From Candidatus Krumholzibacteriia bacterium (GTDB lineage: Bacteria > Krumholzibacteriota > Krumholzibacteriia > JAJRXK01): DNA of 64,000 nt. Below, in pieces: positions 1-8,781 of the stretch. A model generated the notes under the pieces. The model searched no databases and was not told the origin of the DNA. It saw only the letters and a program-made list of their open reading frames with translations. The position numbers and the translations under genes were made by a program. Location of the stretch: contig JBGPIA010000009.1 in assembly GCA_041484665.1 (NCBI GenBank), positions 105,489-169,488 on the forward strand, given 5' to 3'. How positions within the stretch are numbered: position 1 is the first letter of the stretch; each line of letters begins with the position of its first letter.

Positions 1-962
1 AGGGGGTCATCCATATGCTGGGGGGTGGCGTGCGCGGCCAGCGCATGACGCCGGTGGCGCGCGACCAGGCGCGGCTGTTGCGCTCGGCCACCCGGCTGTC
101 CGAGGAGCTGCAGCAGCTCGCTCGCAGCAATTTCGCCATCCCCGAGCAACTGCTCGCTAGCATGCGCCAGCTCGTGTCGGCGCTGCAGAACACGGTGGAC
201 CAACTCGAGCTCACCCGCATGAGCCCGGCAGCGGACGAAGCCACGGCCTCGATGGGCATGACGAACCAGATCGTGATGAACCTGCTCACGGCGGCCCAGT
301 CGTCGGGCGGGCAGGGCGGTGGTTCGACGTCCGAGCAAATGGAGCAGCTCTCCATGGACCAGTCGCGCCTCAACGGCATGACCCAGGACCTGCGCCAGCA
401 CATGCAGGATGGGCTCAGCGAGCAGGAGCGCCACCAGCTCGCCGAGCTGCGCGGCCGCCAGGAGGCCCTGCGCCAGCAGCTCGACGAGATCCGCGCAAAG
501 GTCCAGGACCAGCGCCGCGTCCTGGGCGACCTCCACGAGATCGGCCGCCAGATGGAGGAGGTCACCAACGAACTGGACGCCGGGCGCCTCAGCGACGAGA
601 CCCAGCGCAAGCAGGATCAGATCCTGTCGCGGCTGCTCGACGCGCAGCGCTCGGTGCGCGAGCGCGACTTCGCCAAGCGGCGCGAATCGCGCGAGGCCGA
701 CCAGCTCTACAGCGAGCAAACCGGAGCTGTGGCGCCGCAGAGCCGCGAGGACCAGCAAGCCCAGATCCGCCGCTGGCTGGCGCCGGAGCGCGCGCCGCAC
801 GCTTACCAGGACGACGTGCGCCGCTACTTCCGGCGCATCCAGGGCGAGCTGGAGGGCAAGCCGGACGCCACGCCAAGCACCACGCCACCCGCCCCGCAAC
901 GCGCTACGCCTGGCGTCACGCCTGGCGTCAAGCCCGAGGTCAAGTCGAAGGGGCGGCCGTGA
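1..962 (+). CDS. C-terminal part of a long Q/E-rich coiled-coil protein (DUF4175-like); probably begins upstream of the window
   Basis: ORF 15..962; heptad-rich; C-terminal 'QDQILSRLLDAQRSVRERDF' and 'YQDDVRRYF' motifs resemble FCB-group DUF4175-like proteins. Confidence 0.65.
   Translation, partial: GVIHMLGGGVRGQRMTPVARDQARLLRSATRLSEELQQLARSNFAIPEQLLASMRQLVSALQNTVDQLELTRMSPAADEATASMGMTNQIVMNLLTAAQSSGGQGGGSTSEQMEQLSMDQSRLNGMTQDLRQHMQDGLSEQERHQLAELRGRQEALRQQLDEIRAKVQDQRRVLGDLHEIGRQMEEVTNELDAGRLSDETQRKQDQILSRLLDAQRSVRERDFAKRRESREADQLYSEQTGAVAPQSREDQQAQIRRWLAPERAPHAYQDDVRRYFRRIQGELEGKPDATPSTTPPAPQRATPGVTPGVKPEVKSKGRP
906..941 (+). repeat. 12-bp tandem repeat (acgcctggcgtc x2 plus one degenerate copy) encoding TPGV-TPGV-KPEV
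   Basis: Direct reading of the sequence. Confidence 0.8.
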
Positions 963-3052
963 CCGGTGCCGTCCCCGGTCGCTGCCCGGCGCTGCCGCAG
1001 CCGGCCGTGCTGCGGCGCGCGCTCGCCGCGCGTGCCCGCGCGCCCCGGCGCACGCTTGCGCTCGTGCTGGCCGTAGCGCTCAGCGCCGTGCTGCCCTGGG
1101 GCGCCTCCACGCCGGCCCGGGCCCAGGACCGGGTCACGCCACCGCTGATCCATCCGCCACCCGACACTGCCCCAGATCCGGCCGTGCGCGACAAGTTCAT
1201 GCTGCTGCGGCGCGTCGAGGGTCTGGTGGGGCAGGGACGGCTGGACGAGGCCGTGGCGCTGCTGGAGGGCGAGCGCGCCAAGGGACCGCTCGACGAGGTG
1301 CTCGAGCGCCGGCTGATCAACCTCTACCGTGACGCCGGGCGCAACGCACAGCTGGAGGCGCTGCTCGGCGAGCGCATCCAGCGCGTCGGCAAGACCCCCG
1401 AGCTGCGCGATCTGCGGCTGTTGGCCGAGTCGCGCTTCGATCTGGGCAAGACGCAGGACGCCATCAAGACGCTCACGCGCATCGTGGACCTCGCGCCCGA
1501 GGATCCGGGGGTGCTGGAGTTGGTGGCCAAGGCGCTCGCCGAGCACGGCGAGCAGCAGCGCGCTGTGCAGCTGTTGCTGGACGCGCGCAAGCGGATCAAG
1601 CGCCCTGCAGAGTTCGCCCAGCAGCTCGGGTCGCTCTACGCACAGTTGGGACGACCGCAGGAGGCCATCAAGGAGTTGCTGGCGGTGGTTGTGGAGTCGC
1701 CGGCCAACGTGCTGCTGCTGCGCGGCCAGATCCTGGAGCTGGCCGACCACAGCATCGAACAGGGTCCGGCGCTGCTGCAGGCGGTGGAGTCCGCCGCCAC
1801 CCGCCATCCCGAGGTGAAGCAGCTGGCACTGCTGGTCGCCGAGCTGCGGCTGCGCAGCGCCAACGAGGAGGGCGCCTGGAACGCGCTGGCGCCGCTGGTG
1901 CGTGACGGAACGTTCGCGCCCGAGCTGCTGCAGCTGTCGCTGGCGGCCTTGGGTGACAGCCGGCTAGCCGAGTTGGACCCCGCCCAGCGACTGCGGTCGC
2001 TCACCCTGTGCGAGCGCGTGTTGCGCGGGATGCTCGACACCCAGAAGCTCGGGCCCGGCATCGAGCCGCGCGCGTTCGACGCCCTCAACCGGGTCTACCT
2101 GTCGATCCTGGAGAACGCGGCCTTCCAGGATCTGCCGGCGGTGCGCCAGCAGGCGATGCTCGACGCCGCGCACGCGACGCTGCTGCGCATGGCCAAGCGC
2201 AGTCCCGACAACCCGATGACCAACGCCGCGCTGCTGCGCCTGGCCCAGTTCTACGTCTCGACGCTGCACCGGCCGCAGGAGGCGATCGAGCTCTACTTGC
2301 GCCTGAGCGTCAGCCCCAACGCCGGGCGCGAGGAGCTCCAGCTCGCCCGCGTGGGGCTGGGCACGGCCTACATGGCCGCGGGCGACACCGCGCGCACGCG
2401 GGAGCTGTTCACAGCCATGGGCAGGGACATGAGCTTCATGCCGGGACAGGGGCGTGCCCATTACTACCTGGGCATGCTCGACTTCATGGGCGGCCAGTTC
2501 AAGACCGCACAGGACCGGCTGGCCTCGGTCGCGCTGGAGGCCGCCAGCGCCGACTACACCAACGATGCCCTCGACCTGGCGCTGATCCTGGCCGAGGAGC
2601 TGCTCGATCATTCGAGGACCGAGCATCCGGCGCTGACTGCCTACGGGCAGTCCCTCTATTTCAGCGTCGTGGCCCGCCCCGACTCGCTGGAGGCGCGCCT
2701 GCGGCAGACCATGGCCGCCTCGGCTGGCAACCTGCACGACCGGGCGCGCCTGGATCTCGCCCGGCTGCTCGCGCGCCAAGGGCAGGTGGACAAGGGCCTG
2801 GCGGAGATCGACGCCCTCGTGAAGGACACTCCGCGGGCGCGCGTCGCCCCCGCTGCCCTGGAGCTCAAGGGAGACCTGCTGCAGAAACGCGGGGACACGG
2901 CCGGGGCGCTGGCGGCGTACGAAGCGGTGCTCACCGGACACGAGGATTATGTCTTCGCGGAAGCCGTACGGGACAAGGCGCGCACGCTGCGCCCGGGAGC
3001 CAAGCCCGGGACGCCGCCCCCGCCGGCCGCGGTGAAGGGCGAGCTGCCGTGA
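959..3052 (+). CDS. Exported tetratricopeptide-repeat protein
   Basis: N-terminal hydrophobic signal (LALVLAVALSAVLPWGASTPARA); repeated TPR-like helices; GTGA overlap with the upstream stop. Confidence 0.75.
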   Translation: MTGAVPGRCPALPQPAVLRRALAARARAPRRTLALVLAVALSAVLPWGASTPARAQDRVTPPLIHPPPDTAPDPAVRDKFMLLRRVEGLVGQGRLDEAVALLEGERAKGPLDEVLERRLINLYRDAGRNAQLEALLGERIQRVGKTPELRDLRLLAESRFDLGKTQDAIKTLTRIVDLAPEDPGVLELVAKALAEHGEQQRAVQLLLDARKRIKRPAEFAQQLGSLYAQLGRPQEAIKELLAVVVESPANVLLLRGQILELADHSIEQGPALLQAVESAATRHPEVKQLALLVAELRLRSANEEGAWNALAPLVRDGTFAPELLQLSLAALGDSRLAELDPAQRLRSLTLCERVLRGMLDTQKLGPGIEPRAFDALNRVYLSILENAAFQDLPAVRQQAMLDAAHATLLRMAKRSPDNPMTNAALLRLAQFYVSTLHRPQEAIELYLRLSVSPNAGREELQLARVGLGTAYMAAGDTARTRELFTAMGRDMSFMPGQGRAHYYLGMLDFMGGQFKTAQDRLASVALEAASADYTNDALDLALILAEELLDHSRTEHPALTAYGQSLYFSVVARPDSLEARLRQTMAASAGNLHDRARLDLARLLARQGQVDKGLAEIDALVKDTPRARVAPAALELKGDLLQKRGDTAGALAAYEAVLTGHEDYVFAEAVRDKARTLRPGAKPGTPPPPAAVKGELP

Positions 3053-4425
3053 TCGCTGGCCACTCCATTCCGTCCGCGGGCTCTCGGGCGCAGAGCACGC
3101 TGGCCGTGCAGAGCACGCTGGCCGTACAGAGCAGGCTGGCCGCGCAGAGCACGCTGAGCGCGCGGAGCATGCTGGGTGCACTGGCGCTGTGCCTGCTGCT
3201 GGCCGCGGTGGGCTCGCCAGCGCTCGCGCAACAGGTGCTGGTGCCCATGGATAGCGCGCAAACCAATCACCTCAAGGCCTACGGGCTGGCGTTCAAGGCG
3301 CTCAAGATGGGGCAGCGCGTGAGCTGGCTGCTCAACTACCGCGGCGGCAGCTTCCTCATGCCCAGCTCCACGGCCCTCGATCTGGAAGCGCGCCTGATGG
3401 GTGTGACCACGCAATCCGCGTCCGCGGGCGACCTCGCGAAGATCCGCGAGACGATCGCGCACGAGAACATGGAGGAGGTCCTGCTGGAGGTGCCTCCACG
3501 CGTCGCCATCTACGCGCCGCCTGAGTTCCAGCCCTGGGACGACGCGGTGGCGCTGGCGCTCACCTACGCCGAGATCGCCTACGACACCGTCTACGATCAG
3601 GATGTGCTGGCAGGCCGGTTGCAGGACTACGACTGGCTCCACCTGCACCACGAGGACTTCACGGGCCAGTACGGGAAGTTCTACGCCCACTTCCGCAACT
3701 TCGACTGGTACATCCAGCAGCAGAAGATGGAGGAGGCGCTGGCGGCCTCGCTGGGCTTCCCCACGGTCCGCCAGCTGAAGGGCGCCGTCGCGCTGACCAT
3801 CAAGGAGTTCGTGCTGGGCGGCGGCTTCCTGTTCGCCATGTGCTCGGCCACCGACACGTTCGACATCGCCCTCGCCGGACTCGGCGTCGACTTCGTCGAG
3901 CGGGAGTTCGACGGCAGCCCAGCCGATCCCCAGGCACAGGAAAAACTCGACTTCTCCAAGTGCCTCGCATTCAAGGACTTCAAGATCCTCGTCGATCCCA
4001 TGGCCTATGAATTCTCCGACATCGACACCAGCGACTACGCACGCCTGCGGGGTCCGGAAGCCGACTACTTCACGCTGTTCGAGTTCTCCGCCAAGATCGA
4101 TCCCGTGCCCACCATGCTGGTGCAGTGCCATCGCAACGTGATCAACGGCTTCATGGGGCAGACCACCGGCTTCTACAAACGCGTGTTGAAGGACTACGTG
4201 GTGATCCTGGCGCAGGTGGAAGGGACCGATGAGATCAAGTATCTCCACGGCAGCGCCGGGCGCGGCACGTTCACCTTCTACGGCGGCCACGACCCCGAGG
4301 ACTACACGCACGCCGTGGGGGACCCCCCGACCGATCTTGAGCTCCATCCGAACAGCCCTGGCTACCGTCTGATCCTCAACAACGTGCTGTTCCCGGCGGC
4401 CAAGAAGAAGCCCCAGAAGACCTGA
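3049..4425 (+). CDS. Conserved exported protein of the family often labelled 'asparagine synthetase B' in FCB genomes; class-I glutamine-amidotransferase-like fold
   Basis: Motifs PMD..QTNHLKAYG, WLLNYRGGSF, QPWDDAV, DWLHLHHEDFTGQYGKFY, FAMCSATD, GGHDPED, NSPGYRLILNNVLFPAA; start is GTG 3049 or ATG 3169. Confidence 0.8.
   Translation: MIAGHSIPSAGSRAQSTLAVQSTLAVQSRLAAQSTLSARSMLGALALCLLLAAVGSPALAQQVLVPMDSAQTNHLKAYGLAFKALKMGQRVSWLLNYRGGSFLMPSSTALDLEARLMGVTTQSASAGDLAKIRETIAHENMEEVLLEVPPRVAIYAPPEFQPWDDAVALALTYAEIAYDTVYDQDVLAGRLQDYDWLHLHHEDFTGQYGKFYAHFRNFDWYIQQQKMEEALAASLGFPTVRQLKGAVALTIKEFVLGGGFLFAMCSATDTFDIALAGLGVDFVEREFDGSPADPQAQEKLDFSKCLAFKDFKILVDPMAYEFSDIDTSDYARLRGPEADYFTLFEFSAKIDPVPTMLVQCHRNVINGFMGQTTGFYKRVLKDYVVILAQVEGTDEIKYLHGSAGRGTFTFYGGHDPEDYTHAVGDPPTDLELHPNSPGYRLILNNVLFPAAKKKPQKT
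3091..3174 (+). repeat. 18-bp tandem repeat (cagagcacgctggccgtg), about 4.7 degenerate copies
   Basis: Encodes QSTLAV-QSTLAV-QSRLAA-QSTLSA-RSML. Confidence 0.85.
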
Positions 4426-4483
4426 GTGCGCCCGCGGCGCCCAACCGCTGCGGCCGGGGCGGCGTGCGCCGCTCCCGCAGGGC

Positions 4484-4512
4484 TTGACCCCTCCTGGGCG
4501 CCTCCCGATAAT
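4484..4512 (+). promoter_or_regulatory. Sigma70-type promoter for the small zinc-ribbon gene
   Basis: TTGACC-N17-GATAAT. Confidence 0.55.
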
Positions 4513-4684
4513 CGACAGCGTGGAGTGATGCGCGGCGCGCCAGCCGGGCGCGGACGCGCGGGGGCTTCGATCGCCTGCCGTGGCCTTCTATTGCAGTCGT
4601 GCGATGGGGAGGTGGGTCGTGGCGGGGTTCGGTCGGTACGGGAGGAGGTGACCGGCCCGGGAGCGCGCGCTCCCGGACCCTGGC

Positions 4685-4879
4685 ATGACCCCGAGTTCAT
4701 TTCCCGCCTGCCTGAAGTGCAACGTCGGAGTGCTGCTGCCGCTCTCGGACTACGGACGGGACGGCGCTCCGATCCAGTGGAAGGCGTGGGTCTGCAGCAA
4801 CCCGAATTGCGGATTCAACATCCGGATCGACAACGGCGAGATCAGCCTGGGCCGTACCATCGCCCAGTCCTCGAAGTAG
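4685..4879 (+). CDS. Small (64 aa) zinc-ribbon-like protein
   Basis: CLKC...CSNPNC cysteine pairs; typical GC3 codon usage; has its own promoter. Confidence 0.75.
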   Translation: MTPSSFPACLKCNVGVLLPLSDYGRDGAPIQWKAWVCSNPNCGFNIRIDNGEISLGRTIAQSSK

Positions 4880-4943
4880 GACGGCGCGCCCGGAATCGGA
4901 CCGTGCACTGCAGCCGCGACCCGCAAGCCACCCCGGGGCGCCA

Positions 4944-5834
4944 TCACCACGCGTCGTGCGCCTGCGTGTCACCGTCGGGATCCTCGCCCGCGTCGTCCTC
5001 CCAGGGATGGCACCGGCGCAGGCGCAGCCACGCCAAGGTCGCCACCGCGACGCTCACGACCAGCAGCAGCAGACCCCGGTGCCCGTCGGTGAGCGGCTTT
5101 CCCTGCCCCCGCGGGTCCACCGCGAGCGCAACCACCACCACCGCGTTGTAGATCGCATGCACCCACAAGGACGCGAGCAGGCTGCCGGTGATCTCCAACG
5201 TCAGCCCCAGCGCGATGCCCAGGAGCACCAGCCCGCCCAGGAACCACGGCTGAAAGTGCAGCCCGGCGAACAGCAACCCGCACAGCAGCGCCGCGAGCCC
5301 ACCACCCAGCGGCCCCCGCGCCGCCTGCTGGATGAGACCACGGAAGACGGTCTCCTCGCCGAGGGGGACCGCGACGCACAGCGCGATCACGGCGAGCACC
5401 CATTCCAGGGCGCTGCGGGGCACCAGCTCAGCGCGCAGCTTCTCGAAGGCCTCCGGCACGGGGATCAGGCGGGCGGTCAGACCGCCGAGGAACTCCACGG
5501 GCAGCACCAGCGCCAGCGCCAGGAGCGTCAGCCAAAGCAGCTGGCTCGCCGGCACGGGCAGCAGCCGGAAGGTCGACCGGGCTCCCTGCCCGGCCACCCT
5601 CGCCATGCGCCAGGGAATGGCGATCAGCGCCACCACGCACGACACGAGCACCGCGCCGTAGAACGAGCCGATCAAGCGGTCCGCCAGGTCCTGGAGCAGG
5701 TAGTAGAGCACGACCAGCCCCAGCCCCAGCGTCATCAGGCGCAGGGCGTCGACGACCTCGAACAGCCCGCGCGGCGGCGGCGCGGCGGGGGCCGAGCTTG
5801 GCTCGTCGGGCAGCATTGGAGGCGGGCCGTTCAT
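4944..5834 (-). CDS. CPBP (Abi/Rce1-like) intramembrane metalloprotease
   Basis: EETVFRG, FAGLH and HAIYN motifs; multiple TM helices. Confidence 0.9.
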   Translation of the reverse strand: MNGPPPMLPDEPSSAPAAPPPRGLFEVVDALRLMTLGLGLVVLYYLLQDLADRLIGSFYGAVLVSCVVALIAIPWRMARVAGQGARSTFRLLPVPASQLLWLTLLALALVLPVEFLGGLTARLIPVPEAFEKLRAELVPRSALEWVLAVIALCVAVPLGEETVFRGLIQQAARGPLGGGLAALLCGLLFAGLHFQPWFLGGLVLLGIALGLTLEITGSLLASLWVHAIYNAVVVVALAVDPRGQGKPLTDGHRGLLLLVVSVAVATLAWLRLRRCHPWEDDAGEDPDGDTQAHDAW

Positions 5835-5914
5835 CGCGCTTAGACTGTAGCATGGGCGCCGCGGCCGGCCATCGCAGCGGCGCGCCCGTCGCCTTGACCC
5901 CCGGAGCCACCGCC

Positions 5915-7483
5915 ATGTTCATCGTGGACAGCGAGACGATGCGGCGCGTCGACGCCGCCGCCATCGCCGCGGGCACGCCCTCGCTCACGCTCATGGAGCG
6001 CGCCGGGGCGGGCGCGACGCGCGCGATCCTGCGCCACCCTGCGTGGCTGACCGGTACGACGCTGATCGTGTGCGGCAAGGGCAACAACGGCGGCGACGGG
6101 CTGGTGGTGGCGCGCCTGCTCCAGACCCAAGGGCGGCGGGCGCAGGCCCTGCTCCTGGGCGCGCCGGACCAGCTGTCGCCCGATGCCTTGGTGAACCTGC
6201 AACGCGCGCGCGAGGCGGGGGTCGAGGTCGTGGAGATCGCGGCCGACCCGGCGGCCGGGTTGCGCGCACGGGATGCCGCCGAGCCGGGGCGGCTGCTGGT
6301 GGACGCGGTGTTGGGCACCGGCTTCAAGCCTCCGCTACACGGCGCGCTCTCGCCGCTGGTGGCGGCGATCAACGACCTGGGGCGCCGCGTGGTGGCACTG
6401 GACGTGCCCAGCGGGCTAGATGCGACCACGGGCGCGGCCGACCCTGCGGCCGTGCGCGCCGATTTCACGGTCACCTTTGGCTACGCGAAGTGGGGACTCG
6501 TGCTGCCGGTGGGACGCCGGTTCTGCGGCCGCATCGAGCGTGTCGACCTCGAGCTCCCGCGCGACGTCGTCGTGCAGGAGATCGCCGCAAGCGCGGGCCA
6601 CACGGCCCTCTACGTCGACGCGCTGCTGGCGGCGGGCTGGTGGCGCGAGCGAGCGGTGGACGTCCACAAGTACTCCGTGGGAACGGTGCTGGTGGTGGGC
6701 GGATCGGCTACCATGTCGGGCGCGGTCAGCCTGGCCTGCCTCGCCGCGCTGCGCGCCGGCGCCGGGCTCACGGTGGCGGCGGTGCCGGGCAGCCAGCGCC
6801 TGGCGGTGGACCTGACCTGCACCGAGGTGCTCGTGCACGGCCTCGCCGAGACCGAAGCGGGCGGCATCTCGCCGTCCGAGCAGGGGCGCATCCTCGCACT
6901 GGCGCAACGTCACGACGCGGTGCTGGTCGGGCCCGGCGCGGGCGCCGACCTGGCGACCGCGGCCATGCTCGTGGAGCTGTTGGCAGCCCTCGACCGCCCC
7001 GCGGTGGTCGACGCGGACGCGCTCAACGCCTTCTCGCGCCTGCAGCGCGAGCCGCGCCTCCCGGCGCGCTGTGTGGTCACGCCGCACACCATGGAGCTCT
7101 CGCGGCTTTTGAACATCGACCGCGCCCGCATCGAGGGCGACCGGGTCGAGGTCGTGCGCGCCGCCGCGCGCGAGCTGCGCGCGGTCGTACTGCACAAGGG
7201 CGCGCCGACCATGGTCGCCGCGCCCGAAGGCGCTTTCGCCGTGATCGGGGCGGGGGGGCCGGAGCTGGCCTCCCCCGGCACCGGCGACGTGCTCGCGGGG
7301 GTGATCACCGCGCTGTTGGCGGGTGGGCACGATCCGTTCGAGGCCGCGTGCTTGGGCGCCTGGCTACACGGGCGCGCCGGCGAGCGCGTGGCGCAGCGCC
7401 TGGGCGACGCGGGCCTGCTCGCGCGCGATCTGCTCCCGGCAGTGGCGGCCGCGGCGCGCGAGGCGCAGGAGTCCCACCGGTGA
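5915..7483 (+). CDS. nnr: Bifunctional NAD(P)H-hydrate epimerase/dehydratase
   Basis: LMERAG, CGKGNNGGDG, DAVLGTG, DVPSG, VVDADAL, TPH, GTGDVLAG; alternative start ATG 5852. Confidence 0.93.
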   Translation: MFIVDSETMRRVDAAAIAAGTPSLTLMERAGAGATRAILRHPAWLTGTTLIVCGKGNNGGDGLVVARLLQTQGRRAQALLLGAPDQLSPDALVNLQRAREAGVEVVEIAADPAAGLRARDAAEPGRLLVDAVLGTGFKPPLHGALSPLVAAINDLGRRVVALDVPSGLDATTGAADPAAVRADFTVTFGYAKWGLVLPVGRRFCGRIERVDLELPRDVVVQEIAASAGHTALYVDALLAAGWWRERAVDVHKYSVGTVLVVGGSATMSGAVSLACLAALRAGAGLTVAAVPGSQRLAVDLTCTEVLVHGLAETEAGGISPSEQGRILALAQRHDAVLVGPGAGADLATAAMLVELLAALDRPAVVDADALNAFSRLQREPRLPARCVVTPHTMELSRLLNIDRARIEGDRVEVVRAAARELRAVVLHKGAPTMVAAPEGAFAVIGAGGPELASPGTGDVLAGVITALLAGGHDPFEAACLGAWLHGRAGERVAQRLGDAGLLARDLLPAVAAAAREAQESHR

Positions 7484-8523
7484 GGGTGCTGGGACTGGAG
7501 ACCAGCTGCGACGAGACGAGCGTCGCGTGCGTGGACGGTGACGGCGTGCGCGCCAACCTCGTGAGCAGCCAGGTCGACCTCCACGCGCGCTTCGGGGGCG
7601 TCGTCCCCGAGCTGGCGTCCCGGGCACACCTGACGAACCTGCTGCCGGTGCTCGACGCGGCGCTGCGGGCCGCGGGCTGGACCCTGGCCGACGTCGAGGG
7701 GATCGCGGCCACCGCGGGCCCCGGCTTGATCGGCGCGGTGCTCATGGGCCTGTCCTGCGGCAAGGCGTTGGCGTGGTCGCTGGGCGTGCCGCTGGCGGGC
7801 GTGCACCACATCGAGGGGCATATCCTGGCCAACGACATCGAGACGCCGCTGGCGCTGCCGGCGTTGGTGCTGGTCGTCAGCGGCGGGCACACCGAGACGG
7901 TGCTCGTGACGCGCGTCGGAAGCTACCAGCGATTGGGCACGACGCTGGACGATGCCGCCGGAGAGACGTTTGACAAGACGGCCAAGCTCATGGGGCTGCC
8001 GTATCCGGGCGGCCCGGCCATCGAGCATCTGGCGCGCGAAGGGCGTGCGGGCGCCGTGGAGCTGCCCCGTGCGCTGCGCCAGAGCGGCAACCTGGATTTC
8101 AGCTTCAGCGGTCTGAAAACCGCGGTGCGCCTCAAGCTCGCCGCGCTGGGCGCGGCGCCCCAGCGCGCCCAGCTGGCGGATGTGGCGCGCGGTCTGCAGG
8201 ACGCCGTGATCGACACGCTGCTGGACAAGACGCGGCGGGCGCTTGCGGCGTGCGCGGATCCCAGGCTGTGCCCGCAACCGCTGCGGGGGCTCTACCTGGC
8301 GGGCGGGGTGGCGGCGAACGGGCCGCTGCGCGAGACCATGGCGCAGCTGGCGGGCGAGCGGGACCTCGTGTTCGTCCCGCCGCCGTTGGCCTACTGCACG
8401 GACAACGCGGCCATGATCGCCTGGGCCGGCCGACGCCGGCTGCTGCTTTGCGGCGGGGACCCCCTGGACCTGCCGGCCTTCGCGCGCGCCGGCCTGGTTT
8501 CCTGGGCGGCGCAGACGCCCTAG
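7480..8523 (+). CDS. tsaD: tRNA N6-adenosine threonylcarbamoyltransferase
   Basis: GLETSCDET, GGVVPELASRAH, HHIEGH, VSGGHT, DDAAGE, SFSGLKT, TDNAAMIA. Confidence 0.96.
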   Translation: MRVLGLETSCDETSVACVDGDGVRANLVSSQVDLHARFGGVVPELASRAHLTNLLPVLDAALRAAGWTLADVEGIAATAGPGLIGAVLMGLSCGKALAWSLGVPLAGVHHIEGHILANDIETPLALPALVLVVSGGHTETVLVTRVGSYQRLGTTLDDAAGETFDKTAKLMGLPYPGGPAIEHLAREGRAGAVELPRALRQSGNLDFSFSGLKTAVRLKLAALGAAPQRAQLADVARGLQDAVIDTLLDKTRRALAACADPRLCPQPLRGLYLAGGVAANGPLRETMAQLAGERDLVFVPPPLAYCTDNAAMIAWAGRRRLLLCGGDPLDLPAFARAGLVSWAAQTP

Positions 8524-8562
8524 CCCTCCCCCCCCGCTCGCCGCCGGCAGCGCATCGCCGCC

Positions 8563-8578
8563 TGGCAAGCAACCTGCT
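8563..8578 (+). promoter_or_regulatory. Sigma54-type (-24/-12) promoter upstream of the signalling operon
   Basis: TGGCAAGCAACCTGCT, GG-N10-GC spacing. Confidence 0.55.
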
Positions 8579-8781
8579 TCCCATCCTCCCCGGCAGTTCC
8601 TCCCGCGGGCGCGGCGGGCCTCCCCAGAGCCGCCCGTCCCCCGGGCCGGGGAATGGTCAGAGCGCTAAGTCGTGATAGTCCAACTATATACGTTTCAAGC
8701 AGCGTGCCGACCCTCCCGGGCGGCGGCGGCGGCGCACCCTGCGGTCCCGCCTCAACCTGCACGGCCAACCGAGGACCGGCC

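Noticed and set aside
2008..3048. Apparent long N-terminal extensions in the ORF track (also at tsaD, murA, ddl, cysS, dnaB and udg)
   Set aside because: They overlap upstream genes in another frame or cover intergenic DNA; better starts have an RBS or a stop/start overlap
4581..4595. Sigma54-like TGGCCTTCTATTGCA
   Set aside because: GG-to-GC spacing is 9, not the required 10
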